A stretch of DNA of 64,000 nt from Eukaryota sp. TZLM1-RC. Taxonomy: Eukaryota; Protista; Metamonada: BaSk clade. Below, piece by piece: positions 46,526 through 58,900 of the stretch. Within the stretch, counting starts at the first letter, position 1. Each line of letters opens with the position of its first letter. Below the pieces are notes generated by a model. The model was not told where the DNA came from. It did not search any database and saw nothing but the letters and a program-made list of their open reading frames with translations. The stretch spans positions 2,604,001-2,668,000 of the forward strand of contig JAUPSS010000003.1 of NCBI GenBank assembly GCA_040285825.1, given 5' to 3'. Position numbers and translations under genes: made by a program.

Positions 46526-48181
46526 CTAAACAACACTACTAGCCCTCCTCTTAGCCATTAATCTAGCCAAAGCAATCTCTACTTCTCTGCCAAAATCAAT
46601 TTTTCTAATAATTGTTAATAAAGTCAACCCTGAACCATTCAGCGCCACCACGATGGCAATCCAAACCCCAATAACTTCAAAATCAAAAACAAACGTAAGG
46701 AGCAAAGAAAGAGGCATTGCGATAAGATAAAAATGAACACCAGCGTTAATTGCACTTGTTTTGGTCTTCCCAAGGGCACGGAGTATACCGTTCGTAACTG
46801 CATTGATACCGGCTCCTATTTGATACAACAATGCCAGCAAAAACAAAGTCTCCGCAAGTTCAATCACTTCTGGATCAGACACAAACAACCTAGCGATGTG
46901 ACCCCTCATAATTAAAAAGAATAAACCCCAGCACGTCATTACCCCAGCAGACATTAAAACTCCAGTTAATGCAGTTTTTCTTGCTCTTACTGGACATCCT
47001 TTGCCTACCAAATGTCCCGTCTTCACTGCAGTGGCTACACCCAATCCTATGGAGAAAACATAACTAACACCAGTCGACATGTAAATGATATTATAAGCCG
47101 AAGCTTCCACTTCGCCTAATAGCCCAGAGATAATAGACCAGATCATAAGAGCTCCACCTTCAAGCAAAAAGAAATAAACGGCTGGTAATCCGACTGCTAA
47201 ATAAGCCTTGACCCTGACCCACTCCACATTCTCTCTCCTCCAGGGTGACCATACCTTCTTCAAAGTGCCATAGCGTCGATGATACCAAACTAGGAAAATA
47301 CAAGGCCAAACACGAGCAAGCGCGGTGGAAAGACTAGCACCAAAGAGACCCATGTTGAGAGTGTTGATGAATAAGTAGTTGGTGGCAATGTTGAAAAAGT
47401 TTGTAAGAGCATAAATGATCATTTGAGGCACGACTATACCCTGGCACTCAAGTACTTTACTTCCCAGTATTTTAAATCCCAGAAAGAAAGGAAGCCCCAA
47501 GAGTTGGGTGCGGACATAGACAGCAATGTTGGAGACGAGATCAGCGTTGAAACCAAGGATAGTGAAGATGAGAGGAGAGAATGTCCATAAAATAATGGGA
47601 ATGAGTGCGAGGGCGAGTGCGACAACAATGGCTTGTTGGAGGTAAACGCCAACGAGTTTGTATTTATTGGCACCTATGGCTTGGTTGGCAAAGGCATCCA
47701 AGGCCATAGAACTCATAAATGGTATGAAGAGTGTGGTCTGGATGAAGGATGATGAGACTGAAACGGTGGCTAATGCAGAGGTACCGAGGAATCGACCAAC
47801 CATGATTGAATCAGTGAGGGCTAGTGAGATGGTGAACAGGAAGGTCATGGCAGCAGGAATACCTAGACGTATCAGTGCTTTGATGTCTTGTTTGAAAAGT
47901 TGTGGATCGTCCTCGAGCAGAGGAGATACTGGAGTAACTGTATCTGTAGTAGGAAGGACTTCTGTGGTAGATGGTTCAGGACTGGAGGGGGGTGTTGGTA
48001 CAAGAGGCTCGTTATCAGACTTAGATGAACCAGCCCAAATATCATCATCATCACATGAAACAACAACATGTTCTTCAGATATTAAGATGTCATTTGTTGG
48101 ATTTTCAGTGTGTTCAACTGTTTCTTCTGCTATAGAATGATCATCAAGTAGATTTTGTTGAGGAGGAATGTCATTCGTCAT
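46526..48181 (-). CDS. MATE family efflux transporter
   Basis: MVGRFLGTSALA, NQAIGA, LECQG..P, GLFGASLST, GILRALG; about 12 TM helices; acidic N-terminal extension; first ATG at 48181. Confidence 0.93.
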   Translation of the reverse strand: MTNDIPPQQNLLDDHSIAEETVEHTENPTNDILISEEHVVVSCDDDDIWAGSSKSDNEPLVPTPPSSPEPSTTEVLPTTDTVTPVSPLLEDDPQLFKQDIKALIRLGIPAAMTFLFTISLALTDSIMVGRFLGTSALATVSVSSSFIQTTLFIPFMSSMALDAFANQAIGANKYKLVGVYLQQAIVVALALALIPIILWTFSPLIFTILGFNADLVSNIAVYVRTQLLGLPFFLGFKILGSKVLECQGIVVPQMIIYALTNFFNIATNYLFINTLNMGLFGASLSTALARVWPCIFLVWYHRRYGTLKKVWSPWRRENVEWVRVKAYLAVGLPAVYFFLLEGGALMIWSIISGLLGEVEASAYNIIYMSTGVSYVFSIGLGVATAVKTGHLVGKGCPVRARKTALTGVLMSAGVMTCWGLFFLIMRGHIARLFVSDPEVIELAETLFLLALLYQIGAGINAVTNGILRALGKTKTSAINAGVHFYLIAMPLSLLLTFVFDFEVIGVWIAIVVALNGSGLTLLTIIRKIDFGREVEIALARLMAKRRASSVV

Positions 48182-49409
48182 TAAACAGACCGTGACTTTC
48201 AAAAATAGTCAAATCAATTTGATTTGAAAATCACGATCAATCTCTATTATATAGATCGGATTTCTAGTATGGCCAAGTTTATTATTCCAACTCATACCAA
48301 TAGCTGCTAAATATCACCTGGCAGTATCTGAGGGAAGTGTAACAACAAACAAGTAGATGATTATATAGGACAATTACGTTGTTGTCAATTTATTCTAAAG
48401 ACTCTAGGGATTATTTAAAACATATGAGACAAATTGGGAGATAACGATTGTATTACAAAAATCCTCGGTGAAATCAACCATGAAGAAAAATTGTGCTTCA
48501 AGATAAATAAAATTGAGAGAATATTGAAAACAAAGCAAAGCTGATAATCTGAATTAATAGGAAAACTTGGGACGAGGGCATGTTGTGGAACATAGATTCT
48601 TCGGTTGCTATTTACACTGGGACCTAACAGGTGCTCCTTATTTCCCTATTGTTACTGGAAAATCGTTATCAACAGCGCCTGTCAAGGACATTGTAAGACC
48701 TCAACATATTTGATAATCTGAAACATGGAGTCGCTTTTACTTCAATGTCTTCCTTCACTACTAATATTCCTCTCAAACGACACAACAATTTTTAATGTTA
48801 GTACTCATTAAATTCGCGGTTCTATTACATGATGTAATTTGCGTATTTTTAAATCATCTCAATTTTCACAAGTTTTCACAACTTATGTTATAGTTGTATA
48901 GAAGTCACTACAAAAATCTTCCTTTCTGTTCCTCAGCTTTTGCTTTCGTTACTCATTCATATTGTGTATGGTTGGTTTATGAATCGGACCCGGCAGCGTC
49001 CCAGTTGTTTCTAAACGTCGTCCAACATATTTTATGTTAAAACAATTCGAAGACAACAAGACTAGTAGTATTGCTAGTAACAGCAGATCATAAGTGCAGC
49101 CGTGAGGAACTGTGAGGAAGAGGTGTAAGGAAGAATTGAAATGTGCTTTTTGAGTGGAAATGGCAGGCAGATTTGATTTATCAATATTAAATGTGATTCA
49201 AAATCTCGAGTCGACAACATCATTTATCTTCAACAACTTGCCAATGGTGAATAGGTTGTAGTTTGTAAGTAGTTTTATCGACTGGTCATCCTTTACCTTT
49301 CAACTAGACGGAGTAAGTGGTGATGTAGTCTTGTCTTGTCTGTCTTGTCTCATCTACAGTTTCTCCTTTATAAATGACTTAGTTGCTTTAAAGCTGTTCT
49401 CTGAATGCA

Positions 49410-50007
49410 ATGGTAGCGATCAAGAAACGAAGCACATGCTCCATCTTCTCCCCTTCTCGAAACTCTGCTAAGCGCAATGACTTGGAAAGAAAACTCTGCC
49501 AACAGGCTCTTTACAAGACTGAAATGTGTAATCTGATGGCTGAACATGGAGCTTGCCCCTTTGGTTTGCATATGGTTTCATCGTTCTTATCTAAGGAGAG
49601 GACTGTAATTACGCCCATACAGAGTCTGAATTGCGTCCTAAACTCTTCCACCCTAAGTACAAGTCTATTCCTTGCAAAAGGTTTGTTTATGGCCTTCTTT
49701 TCATCTCAGTTTCGTTCAACTTGGGTTCTGCAATTATGGCAGCCGCTGCCGCTTCTTACACGCTCTTCCAAAGGAATCCAGAGTCTCTAATGATGTCGAT
49801 CTCTCATCTGATTCCGATATCAACTCTATCTGTTCTTCTAACTCTGGTTCTACCACTTGCCGTGCAGTTGCCTTGCGTGTACGTAATGACGACTATGTCA
49901 TTCTTCCTGATCCAGTCTATGAACATGAGATTAAGGCCCTTCCAAAGAAATTGTTTGGTGATAGGTTGCCTATTTTCAAGACATTGACAGCAATCGTTCC
50001 TACTTAA
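49410..50007 (+). CDS. Tandem CCCH zinc-finger protein (TTP/ZFP36-like, 178 aa); introns at 49564-49595 and 49681-49709
   Basis: After splicing: LYKTEMC..C.FGEDCNYAH..ELR....HPKYKS.PC..F...GFCNYGSRCRFLH and C-terminal RLPIF (NOT1-binding-like). Confidence 0.9.
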
Positions 50008-50688
50008 GTTTCTGTATTGTATTTTTAGAATGTAACTATTGTCTTGTCGGTAATGGTTGACATACTATAAAGTAAAATCGTTTTAATGTTTTGTATTTGT
50101 GGAAATGAAACCCTAATGAAACACAATTTCAATTATGGAGAAGATAACTCTGGACATACAAAGAGCATTCATTCATCTACTCTATTCATATGTTTTAGTT
50201 TTTGCCTTTTTGATATATTTTCCACTGCAGCTCTCTTGCTTGACTTGTTTGCTCCTCAACATTAAAAATTTGGTGTCATTATTAATTTGATTTATTTCCA
50301 TTTATACTAGAATGATTTTGCTTGGTAGTCATTGAAATTCTTGAATGTTCGTCAAATACCAATAATGCAGATAGTGTCATTTAATCCGATTGTTTTCACT
50401 GATCAATTGTGTCTTCCTCATGATGATAATTGTTGGGATCTAGATACTCTTTAACTTTTTCATATTTTCTAAATCAAAACTGGCATCCAGAAACAGCTTT
50501 TAAACTTCAAGATTCAACAACATGTAATTCACTACATGATCAAAGTAAAAGTTTTGCTTTATTGACTGATCACGTTGATTAAAATCCATAGATCTTCTTA
50601 TGAAGTTTTTATTTTTTATTGAATTTTATGAAGAATTTACAATTAGTCTAAATATAGTTTTTTGTTACAAAACAAACATCTATGTCAT

Positions 50689-51810
50689 CTATGTCAACAC
50701 AATAATGTTGCCAGAGACATAAGGGTGATTCAACAAGTGTTCATCAACATCTCCTTTGTTCAACAACTTTACCATATCTTCTGTTAGAAAGCAATTGCGA
50801 TAAAGTTGGTCATTCCATCGTAATCTTTCTACATCAGCTATCTTACATGTATTTTGACCTTTTTGAAACATCATCATAAAATCTATGGCTTCTTGACGAC
50901 CATAATCGTCATTGATTAACGGTAAAACACAGTTTTCCAGCAACAGGCTATCAAACAAGTTAACTTCCCCCGTCCCTGGCTCTAGACAATGATAACGATT
51001 CCCCAGAAATTCAAACTCAGTCTTCATTTCGTAAAAAAGGGAAGTATCAACAGGGGCTAGAATCCGTATGTTAAAGTCCCCGCCTAGAATGATTGGATAG
51101 TCCACAGCAGCAGCAAAAAGGTCAATCATCTTGAGTAGAGTAATGTTGAGAACATACCGCAAGGATTTTGAAACTCTGTTTTGCCCATGGTAATTCCAAA
51201 GAAGGAATTGCTGGCCCGTTCCCATAAGTCTAACCCGAACTATGACAGATCTATCCAAGAGCATTCCAATGACACTAGGCTCTAGACTAACACCCTCATC
51301 TTCTGCAATGTTGTGGAAGCGTTGAACTCTTGTCTGTTCAATGTATTTGGGAGAGTCAATGAAGTCATCCAGACGCTCCTCTATGGTGAAGAGAGAGGAG
51401 ACCAGAATTGACGACCAAGTACCTGCCATTACTCTCTTTTGCTCGCCATTTAACCCCTTTTCGTTCACAAAAAATGGTTTGTTCATTATGTTCTTTGAGA
51501 TGTGCTTCAAAGAAGGTCCCTCTTGTATGAATAGGACCTGTGGAGGTCGTGCCTCAAGAATACTGTTGATGATGTCCTTACATACATTTGCGCTTGTTCT
51601 GTCACCTATATTCCAAGAACCGATGGTGAATTGATAATGTTCAGGTTGGTGTGATGGGTACAGAGTTAGTGCAGAAAGTTCGTCATTCAGTTCATCGGCG
51701 TATCTGTTTCGTGGTAAAGGAACTGCTTTCCAGTCATCATCACCTGGAGGGGACAGTATGTGACCTCGTTCCGTTGGGGAAGTAGCGAGTGTTGATGAAT
51801 CAGTTGTCAT
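50689..51810 (-). CDS. Endonuclease/exonuclease/phosphatase (EEP) superfamily protein
   Basis: IGSWNI, VLFIQE, NYHG, PIILGGDFN, IDF, C-terminal H. Confidence 0.75.
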   Translation of the reverse strand: MTTDSSTLATSPTERGHILSPPGDDDWKAVPLPRNRYADELNDELSALTLYPSHQPEHYQFTIGSWNIGDRTSANVCKDIINSILEARPPQVLFIQEGPSLKHISKNIMNKPFFVNEKGLNGEQKRVMAGTWSSILVSSLFTIEERLDDFIDSPKYIEQTRVQRFHNIAEDEGVSLEPSVIGMLLDRSVIVRVRLMGTGQQFLLWNYHGQNRVSKSLRYVLNITLLKMIDLFAAAVDYPIILGGDFNIRILAPVDTSLFYEMKTEFEFLGNRYHCLEPGTGEVNLFDSLLLENCVLPLINDDYGRQEAIDFMMMFQKGQNTCKIADVERLRWNDQLYRNCFLTEDMVKLLNKGDVDEHLLNHPYVSGNIIVLT

Positions 51811-52751
51811 GTGAGGTGTCAGAAAATTTGATTGTAAATTTTGCTTTCACTCACCAAATTTTCTTCCATAATTGATATTGAAAATTTGGATTTCCATCAA
51901 TAAAATCCATCAATAATCCGAAAGTTAACCATTGGTCACTGTTAATGGGTCCTAGTATTCACCAGGTTTCACACAATGTCTTTTGAGACAAGAACACCTC
52001 TGACAAAAGGCATATTACGACAAAATATGACTTTAACAACACACGACATTTACTACAATGTACTCAACAATTGTCAAGTGATGCATTTCTTGATAGTTCA
52101 GTAGCTTAATCCAATTTGACACTTTTTTGCTATGTGGTTCCAATTGTTGCATGTGATGTATTGTGATTTCGAAGTGCATGTTTATTAGTAGAGCATGTTT
52201 TGAAATTGATGACCGTCTTCTATATTCTATAACATTTTCTTTTGATTAAAATCTTTTGTCTCATTTTCCCCCAATAGTATTTTTGAAATCACATACCGTG
52301 TTTCCTATAATTTTCCGGGTTAAAATAATAGGGCGTCTATTAATTGGGTGATGTTTTTTGCCTAACTTTTTTGTCATATCATCAAGCATGGTCTCTGCAC
52401 CACCTACAAAACAACCTCGTCTTGTTTAAAGTAAACTTTTACCCTTTGTGGTTCCTACAACCGCACTTCCTCTGTTAAGTGTCCCATCAGTTGAAGATAT
52501 TTCCAACAATATGTCTTCCCTCCAATAGGCCAGATAATCTTAATGGAGTTCTTGTGTCTGCTTTTCCTGATAGTAGTCTTGTTGGCCACCCTTCTATATA
52601 TAATAGAGTAGATATAGCACAACAATTAGAAGTTGTTTTTCCCCTATTATTAGAGATGGATGAGACTATTGGACCGTGGTGCCCAATTGGCGCTCTCGGT
52701 TGCATATCTGCTTTGAATACTGTATAATGGCATAGGTATTACTATATATAA

Positions 52752-52823
52752 TCGCATATGGTGTAGTGGCTAGCATTAGTGTCTTTCACATACTAGACCC
52801 GGGTTCGATTCCCGGTATGCGAA
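52752..52823 (+). tRNA. tRNA-Glu(TTC)
   Basis: Acceptor TCGCATA/TATGCGA; TGGTGTAGTGG A-box; anticodon stem AGTGT/ATACT with loop CT-TTC-AC; CCGGGTTCGATTCCCGG; TA-rich sequence immediately upstream. Confidence 0.93.
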
Positions 52824-53261
52824 TTATTCTGAAAACAAATCTCAGTTAGACTCAAGAATTCTAGTTTCAAGACCTTTGATGTCAAGTGCGAATAAATTAA
52901 ATTTTGGGGAATTTTTTTCCTGGATGTACCAATGAATTACAATGGTATGCGTGATAAAAGAATGAGCTGTTTTTTGCTCTGATGACTTACTATAAGTAAT
53001 TCCAAAAATCTAAAAATGTGGTTAAAAGTGTAGTAATGTGTCAAAATTGCAGGGGAGCACTGTATTAGTAAATCTAAGATATCAATAGGTCTATTTGTCA
53101 GAACACAGCTTGAATACATATCTGCAAAATGCAAAAGACTTATTCAGGCTTGTCTTCTCAAAAGAAGGAACTATTAAGAACCAAATAAAATAAAAAATTT
53201 ATTAGGGAAAAACTTCCTCAGAGAAGACCAATTCTCTTCACAGAAAGACCTAAATGGATAT

Positions 53262-54350
53262 CTACTCATCTTCTTCTACAAACACCTTACCCTTAACCAC
53301 CATTACCAAACTGGTGACTGAAACCGCAAAAAAGACCAATGTAGCAAAAATCATTGCGACAATTGAGATTACTTCCCATAACAAAACATCTGGATTGAGA
53401 AAATGAACTTCAAGTGAACCAATGGCGAATGAGGCTGCAGGAAAAACAAAAGCTAACCATGTGAGTTTGAATGACTTTACTGCCTTGTAAAACAGATTTC
53501 CAAGTGCAATTAGTAGGAAAGCAAAGAATAGAGCAATGCTGTAGAAAACCATGACCATGGCGTTGTTACCATAAATTTCATAGGTAGCAGCGGTGGCTAT
53601 ACAGGGTGGGGCTAACAGAATAAATAGCATGGGAATAAGCTTCTCTGGTAACATTCCAACAAACAACACTCGGTGGAGAAACTGTGCAAAGATCATCAAC
53701 CACCAGAACAACGAGGCGGAGTAGTTGAAGATGGCAAGCTCAAACACACCGATGCGGGCAAAGGCCAGACCAGCCAAAAGGAGTCCCACAGGTGCGATGA
53801 GACAAGCAGGATTACAAAACTTGATTTGGACCTGTTTAGTAAACCATCTGCGCATCATAAGAAGGGCAAGAGGGAATTGAATGGCGAAGCCAATCCATAT
53901 GAGGACCTTGCCAACATTTTCCAGGTCAGTATCCATTGTTCCCAATGCAACCATAAGGATGACGATACTAAACACTGGGGCAAAATTGGACTTGATGGGA
54001 TGTGTCAATTCATGCTTGATGACTACACTGGGATAAATGATATACTTGATGAGATATATGAGAGCCAGTGAAATAAACAGAACAGCAGTCAGCGCTACTC
54101 CAATTTGATAGGGCAGTGCAGGTAGCCACTCAAAAATGGAGGCGGCCTTTTTGAGCATTAGCGAGAACCCCCCAGACCCCATACACATGGCGAGGAACGG
54201 CAGGTGAAAGTTTTTCAGCCAGGAGGAAACGGGTAAATCCTGAGAACATTCCTCATTAGTATTTGGAGCATTGGTATCAACAACTACCTCATCAACGGAA
54301 CCTTTACCTGGGTCAACTTTTGAATCTTCCATTTCTTGAGTGTTTTGCAT
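53262..54350 (-). CDS. SLAC1/TehA (TDT family) anion channel
   Basis: F....MG..G, E..HP...NF.P, NPA.LI.PVG, L.P.LFILLAPP, WLAFVFP; about 10 TM helices. Confidence 0.92.
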   Translation of the reverse strand: MQNTQEMEDSKVDPGKGSVDEVVVDTNAPNTNEECSQDLPVSSWLKNFHLPFLAMCMGSGGFSLMLKKAASIFEWLPALPYQIGVALTAVLFISLALIYLIKYIIYPSVVIKHELTHPIKSNFAPVFSIVILMVALGTMDTDLENVGKVLIWIGFAIQFPLALLMMRRWFTKQVQIKFCNPACLIAPVGLLLAGLAFARIGVFELAIFNYSASLFWWLMIFAQFLHRVLFVGMLPEKLIPMLFILLAPPCIATAATYEIYGNNAMVMVFYSIALFFAFLLIALGNLFYKAVKSFKLTWLAFVFPAASFAIGSLEVHFLNPDVLLWEVISIVAMIFATLVFFAVSVTSLVMVVKGKVFVEEDE

Positions 54351-55273
54351 TGGGAAAGTGATTGTGAAAAATCAGCCTAATTGTGTCATTCAATTTTCAA
54401 CTTGACTTTTTTTCTCGTAAATTTTTTTATTAAATTAGCTAAATACTACGACAATTCAGAAATTCCTCATCCAACTACTCCACTACTAGTAGTCAATACT
54501 CCAAAAAAAGACACTGAACAACCAGCACACAACCAAAATTTTCAACTTGACAGTTCATTTTATGACGAACCTTCTTGGATGCAAGTTATTGAACCATGAG
54601 ACGAAGTTATAGGCTACTTGGCACTCTCATAGATTATCTGACATTGTTTACATTCAAAAATGCACTACCATTTTCTAAACAAAACGAAACTTTTGCTTAA
54701 GTGAATGCTTCATGAATGACGCTGTTTCAAATCCATTTCCTAATGGATTTGGATTTATGGTGAATTACGGTAACTGATGATGATTCAATTTTTTGTTTAC
54801 TAAACAAGATTTGTCAACTGTTGACGCTTCTGATGGCAAAAAACAAGAATAATTTTGATTCTGAATCAACAGTTTTTAGTGGTCAATTCACAGATCTTCT
54901 CTATGGTTCCCCTCACACATCAGTTAATTCTATACTGTTGATGTAGACATCAACAAATGTTGAAAATTTCAGCATTGTGTTTGAGTAGACAGGATTCATT
55001 TTCTGAAAACAAACAATTCCAGTAGAAAATGTATACGTTTAGTCTATTTTTTAGATGTGGTTGGGTGAGTTGCCCTGTATTTGCAATTATATTCAAGACA
55101 ATAATTTGAAATTATCGAAGCAGCTGAAGCTGAACTGTACCAGTCAGATCCTAGAATTATTTACATTAAGGTGTTAGTTTTAAAAAGGGAGTATTAGATT
55201 CTATTCATTGAACAGGTAAATCTTCCTCAATCTTCATCTTACTTTGTTTTTTTGGCTTACCACACTTCTTACA

Positions 55274-55832
55274 ATGTCTCTTATTACGCCTAAAATCCGT
55301 AGCCGTCGCACACGCCGTACTGAAATAACAGAAGAACAAAAGAATGAAATACGTGAAGCTTTTGACCTCTTTGACACAGAAAAGAAGGGTGCTATTGGCT
55401 ACCATGAGCTCAAGGTAGCCATGAGGGCCCTCGGCTTTGAGGTAAAAAAACCCGAAGTCCTACAAATCATTGAAGAGTTTGTTCTCATTGTGCCCCACTT
55501 ACCCTAGATACGACAGGGATGGTTCTGGCACCATACACTTCCAAGACTTCCTTGAAGTCATGAGCCGTAAGATTGCTGAACGAGACCCTGAAGAAGAAAT
55601 TGAAAAGGCATTCAGACTTTTCGATGACGATGGCACCGGTGTCATTACCCTCCGAAACTTGCGCCGTGTAGCCAAGGAACTGGGAGAGAATCTTGGCGAG
55701 GAAGAACTTCAATCCATGATTGATGAGGTTTGTTTCTATTTTTAGTAACATTGCTTACTTTAGTTTGATAAGGACGGTGATGGTGCTATCAGTTTGGAGG
55801 AGTTCAAGGAGATTATGTCTTTTTCAAAGTAA
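55274..55832 (+). CDS. CETN3: Centrin-3/Cdc31-type (163 aa); introns at 55477-55507 and 55728-55763
   Basis: [27 protein letters not shown], four EF-hands, [19 protein letters not shown] after splicing. Confidence 0.93.
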
Positions 55833-55949
55833 TTAATCAATTATTGTACTTTAAATAAAAATGAACTTTTTTGAACTAAATAATTGTTTATGGTTTTGTT
55901 GTACCTAATAATTAAATCAGTATAAGTTGGGATATATAACTATTTTTTT

Positions 55950-58900
55950 AAGGGGATGTTGGGCTGCTAATGGTGTTGATTTTTTACGAATTTATCATTA
56001 TGCAGTTGTCTGTGATTTCAAAAATGCCCTTAATTCAGTGAAACGTGGTGCTATTGACGAAGCTGTTCACCATTCTGCTGTTTTTGCAGAAGTCGCTCCT
56101 TTATTTGAATTTTTATTTTCTACACACTCACATTTACTTATGAAAACTCATTCTGTACCCTCGTGTTCAGGTGTGAAACAAGGTGATCCAATGGGCCCCT
56201 TCCTTTTTTGTCTTTCTCTTCATCCAATTTTTGTTCACCTTAAGGCACAATATCCAGAACTAGAAATTGTGGCATATATGGATGATGTTTCCTTAATACG
56301 TCCTTCTCCTGAAGCTCTAGAAGCAACAAATTTGTTTGGAATTTTAGCATCTCGTATTGGTTTTGATCTTAATTCATCAAAATACCAAGTTCTTGGTAGA
56401 CATAATGATTTTACCTCTTTTTGTTAGCCTTGGATAATATTTATAATAGTTTATTTATAGTTTATTGCATCACTGCGCCCAAGCGCTTAAGTTGAGGGAA
56501 ATCCTCTTTCCCTTGTAATAAATTACTTTACGTTTTAGGTATACTATGTCTAACCCCCGTAGATCATCAATACGTATTGGATCACCTTTGGGTGGTTCCA
56601 ATGACACATCCGAGACTGGTAGGACTGATCCTCCTATGTCTCACCATTTGAGTTCTTTCTCCCGAACTCCTCAGTCGGGAACAGAACAACCCTTGGCAAC
56701 TAGGTCCGAGGAAAGCAATGCTTCTCCTCCTCCTGCGTTGACGCCTCCTTCCGGAGATTCAGTCACGAAACCCAATGCACCAAGTTCTTCCTCTTAAACT
56801 CCTCAGTTGGGAACAGAAGTACCCTCTGGTGGCGAGAGAAGTGATACTTCCTCTCACCCTCCGGGTCAAGGTTCCACTCCATCCACGGATGTTCATGTGG
56901 TTCCTTTCAGTCTTCCTGTTCCTCCCTCTAAAGTGGAAAACTTTGTACCTCTTTCTCCTCCCCCTGCTTCTGAAGGAGAGGTTGAAGATTCCCTTTTAGG
57001 TCCTGAACAGTTCAGTACTTTAAATGATTATCTGAAGTATATTATCAACCAGATTGACCCTGATTCGGCCAGCAACAAGATATCTGAGCTGTTGAAGCTC
57101 AAGATGGTTGAGTCTCCCTCTTCACCTGTAGTTTGCGCTCCTGTCGTCCCTTCCACTCCTTCTACGGAAGTTTCTGAGGAAGGACAACGAGCTCCTTCCA
57201 CTTTTTCTACGGAAGTTCCAATGAAAAGCAGCCCACCGCAACAACAAGCTCCTCTTGTAGTCTCTGCTGGTAACCCCAATCCTACTACTCCTTCTCAAGA
57301 AGTTCCCGTAGCAGGCGTTCCTGATATTTCTGTTCCTACCACGGTAGCTCTTTCAGAAGTCCATTTAACTCCATCTGTTCCTTCTTCGGAAGTTCTTCAT
57401 ATCCCTCCAACCTCTGGCCAGACTCCTCAGCAAGGTCACGTTACATCTTCTGCTCCTGCAGTTTGGCAGGTGCCCTCCTCCCAATTATCCTTAACGGGAT
57501 GTTGTTGGAGGGTTCAGAACTCCTCGTGAAGGTGTACAGAGGATCTTCGCTGGCGATGAGCTGAATCCCTTCCTAAACCGGTGCAATTCATGTCCATTTC
57601 CCAGGTTTAGCCCTGGATACAATGCTTCTCTGGATATTTATGTCAGCAGAGATTTCAGAACTGGATGGTGGTACGCCTACACAACGAATTTTCAAAGATT
57701 GTACCTTCAAGATCGTAGACCAGACCATTGTGCGTCGTATTTTGGTCCTGAGCTTAGAAGGAATAGGCCTCTCAGGGATGCCCTTATGAATGTCCAGGAG
57801 AACATTGGTGTCACCAATTCAAGTTCTCTTCTATGGGTTAACATCGAAAGGACCATTGAAGAAAGAGACATCAATGAATCTGATCCTACTCAAGTCAGAC
57901 TAGCAAGAGAAGTGTCTGAACTAAGAAGGTAACTTGAGGAACGTTCTCGTCCTCCTGCCACTCCTCAATCCATTAGCAGAGAAAACCAGAACCTCCCTCT
58001 CGACCAGAGATATGGTAACCCCCTTCACAAGTGGGATCGATTCAAAGCTGCTGCTCAAGTAGACCCTCGCAGGATTGCCTCTTGTGTTACTCCAGAGTGC
58101 TTGGCCGCTCTGAGAGCCCAGGGTAGGTTTTCGACTATGTCTGATAGTATCTCAGCCATCAACAACATCAATGAGGAACAAATATGGGAATCAATTTTAC
58201 ACCTCAGCCAATATAGCACATTAGAAACGGCGAGGAATCAGTTATACAGAGTCCAGATGAATTGGAATATTCAGGACTTTAGGAATCGCTAGGGTGACTT
58301 CACTGTGAGGCTAATGAGAACAATTTTACGAAGTACTGCCATTTCTGACGTCAGGGCAAGCGACCGTGCCTTGTATGGTCAACATTTCCTACAGAGCATT
58401 CAAAACTGGGAAATTGCAACCCATATGATCGATTCTGTTGGTATTAAGGCCATCAGCGACAATTTAAGAACGGTATGGTCCACATCCAATGTTTGGCAAC
58501 ACCACACATTACAATTTGTCGACATCCTGGCTGCTGAATACATGAGTTGTTGTTCAGCCAGATGCTACGATGAGCAAAGGGCTAACATAAGTGATAGCTA
58601 TCAGGAACATATGGGCCACTATGTTAGAGCAAACCCAAAAGACAAGAAACGAATAGGCAAATTCAAGCATGCGGATTCCAGCGTCGCCCCTGCTTAACTT
58701 AGCAAAAGGAGCAAGTCAGAAATTAAGAAAGAAAGAGATTAAGCTGGTCTCTGTAGATTCTGTGGTATTCCAGGCCACACTATAAACGAATGTCCTGACC
58801 CTGATTACCAGCGATCCAAGCAATGGCGAGATGCCAACCCAGATGCAGTTCAAGCATATTTGGCAAGCAGAAGTAGTAGTAGTAGTAGAGGCAGAGGTAG

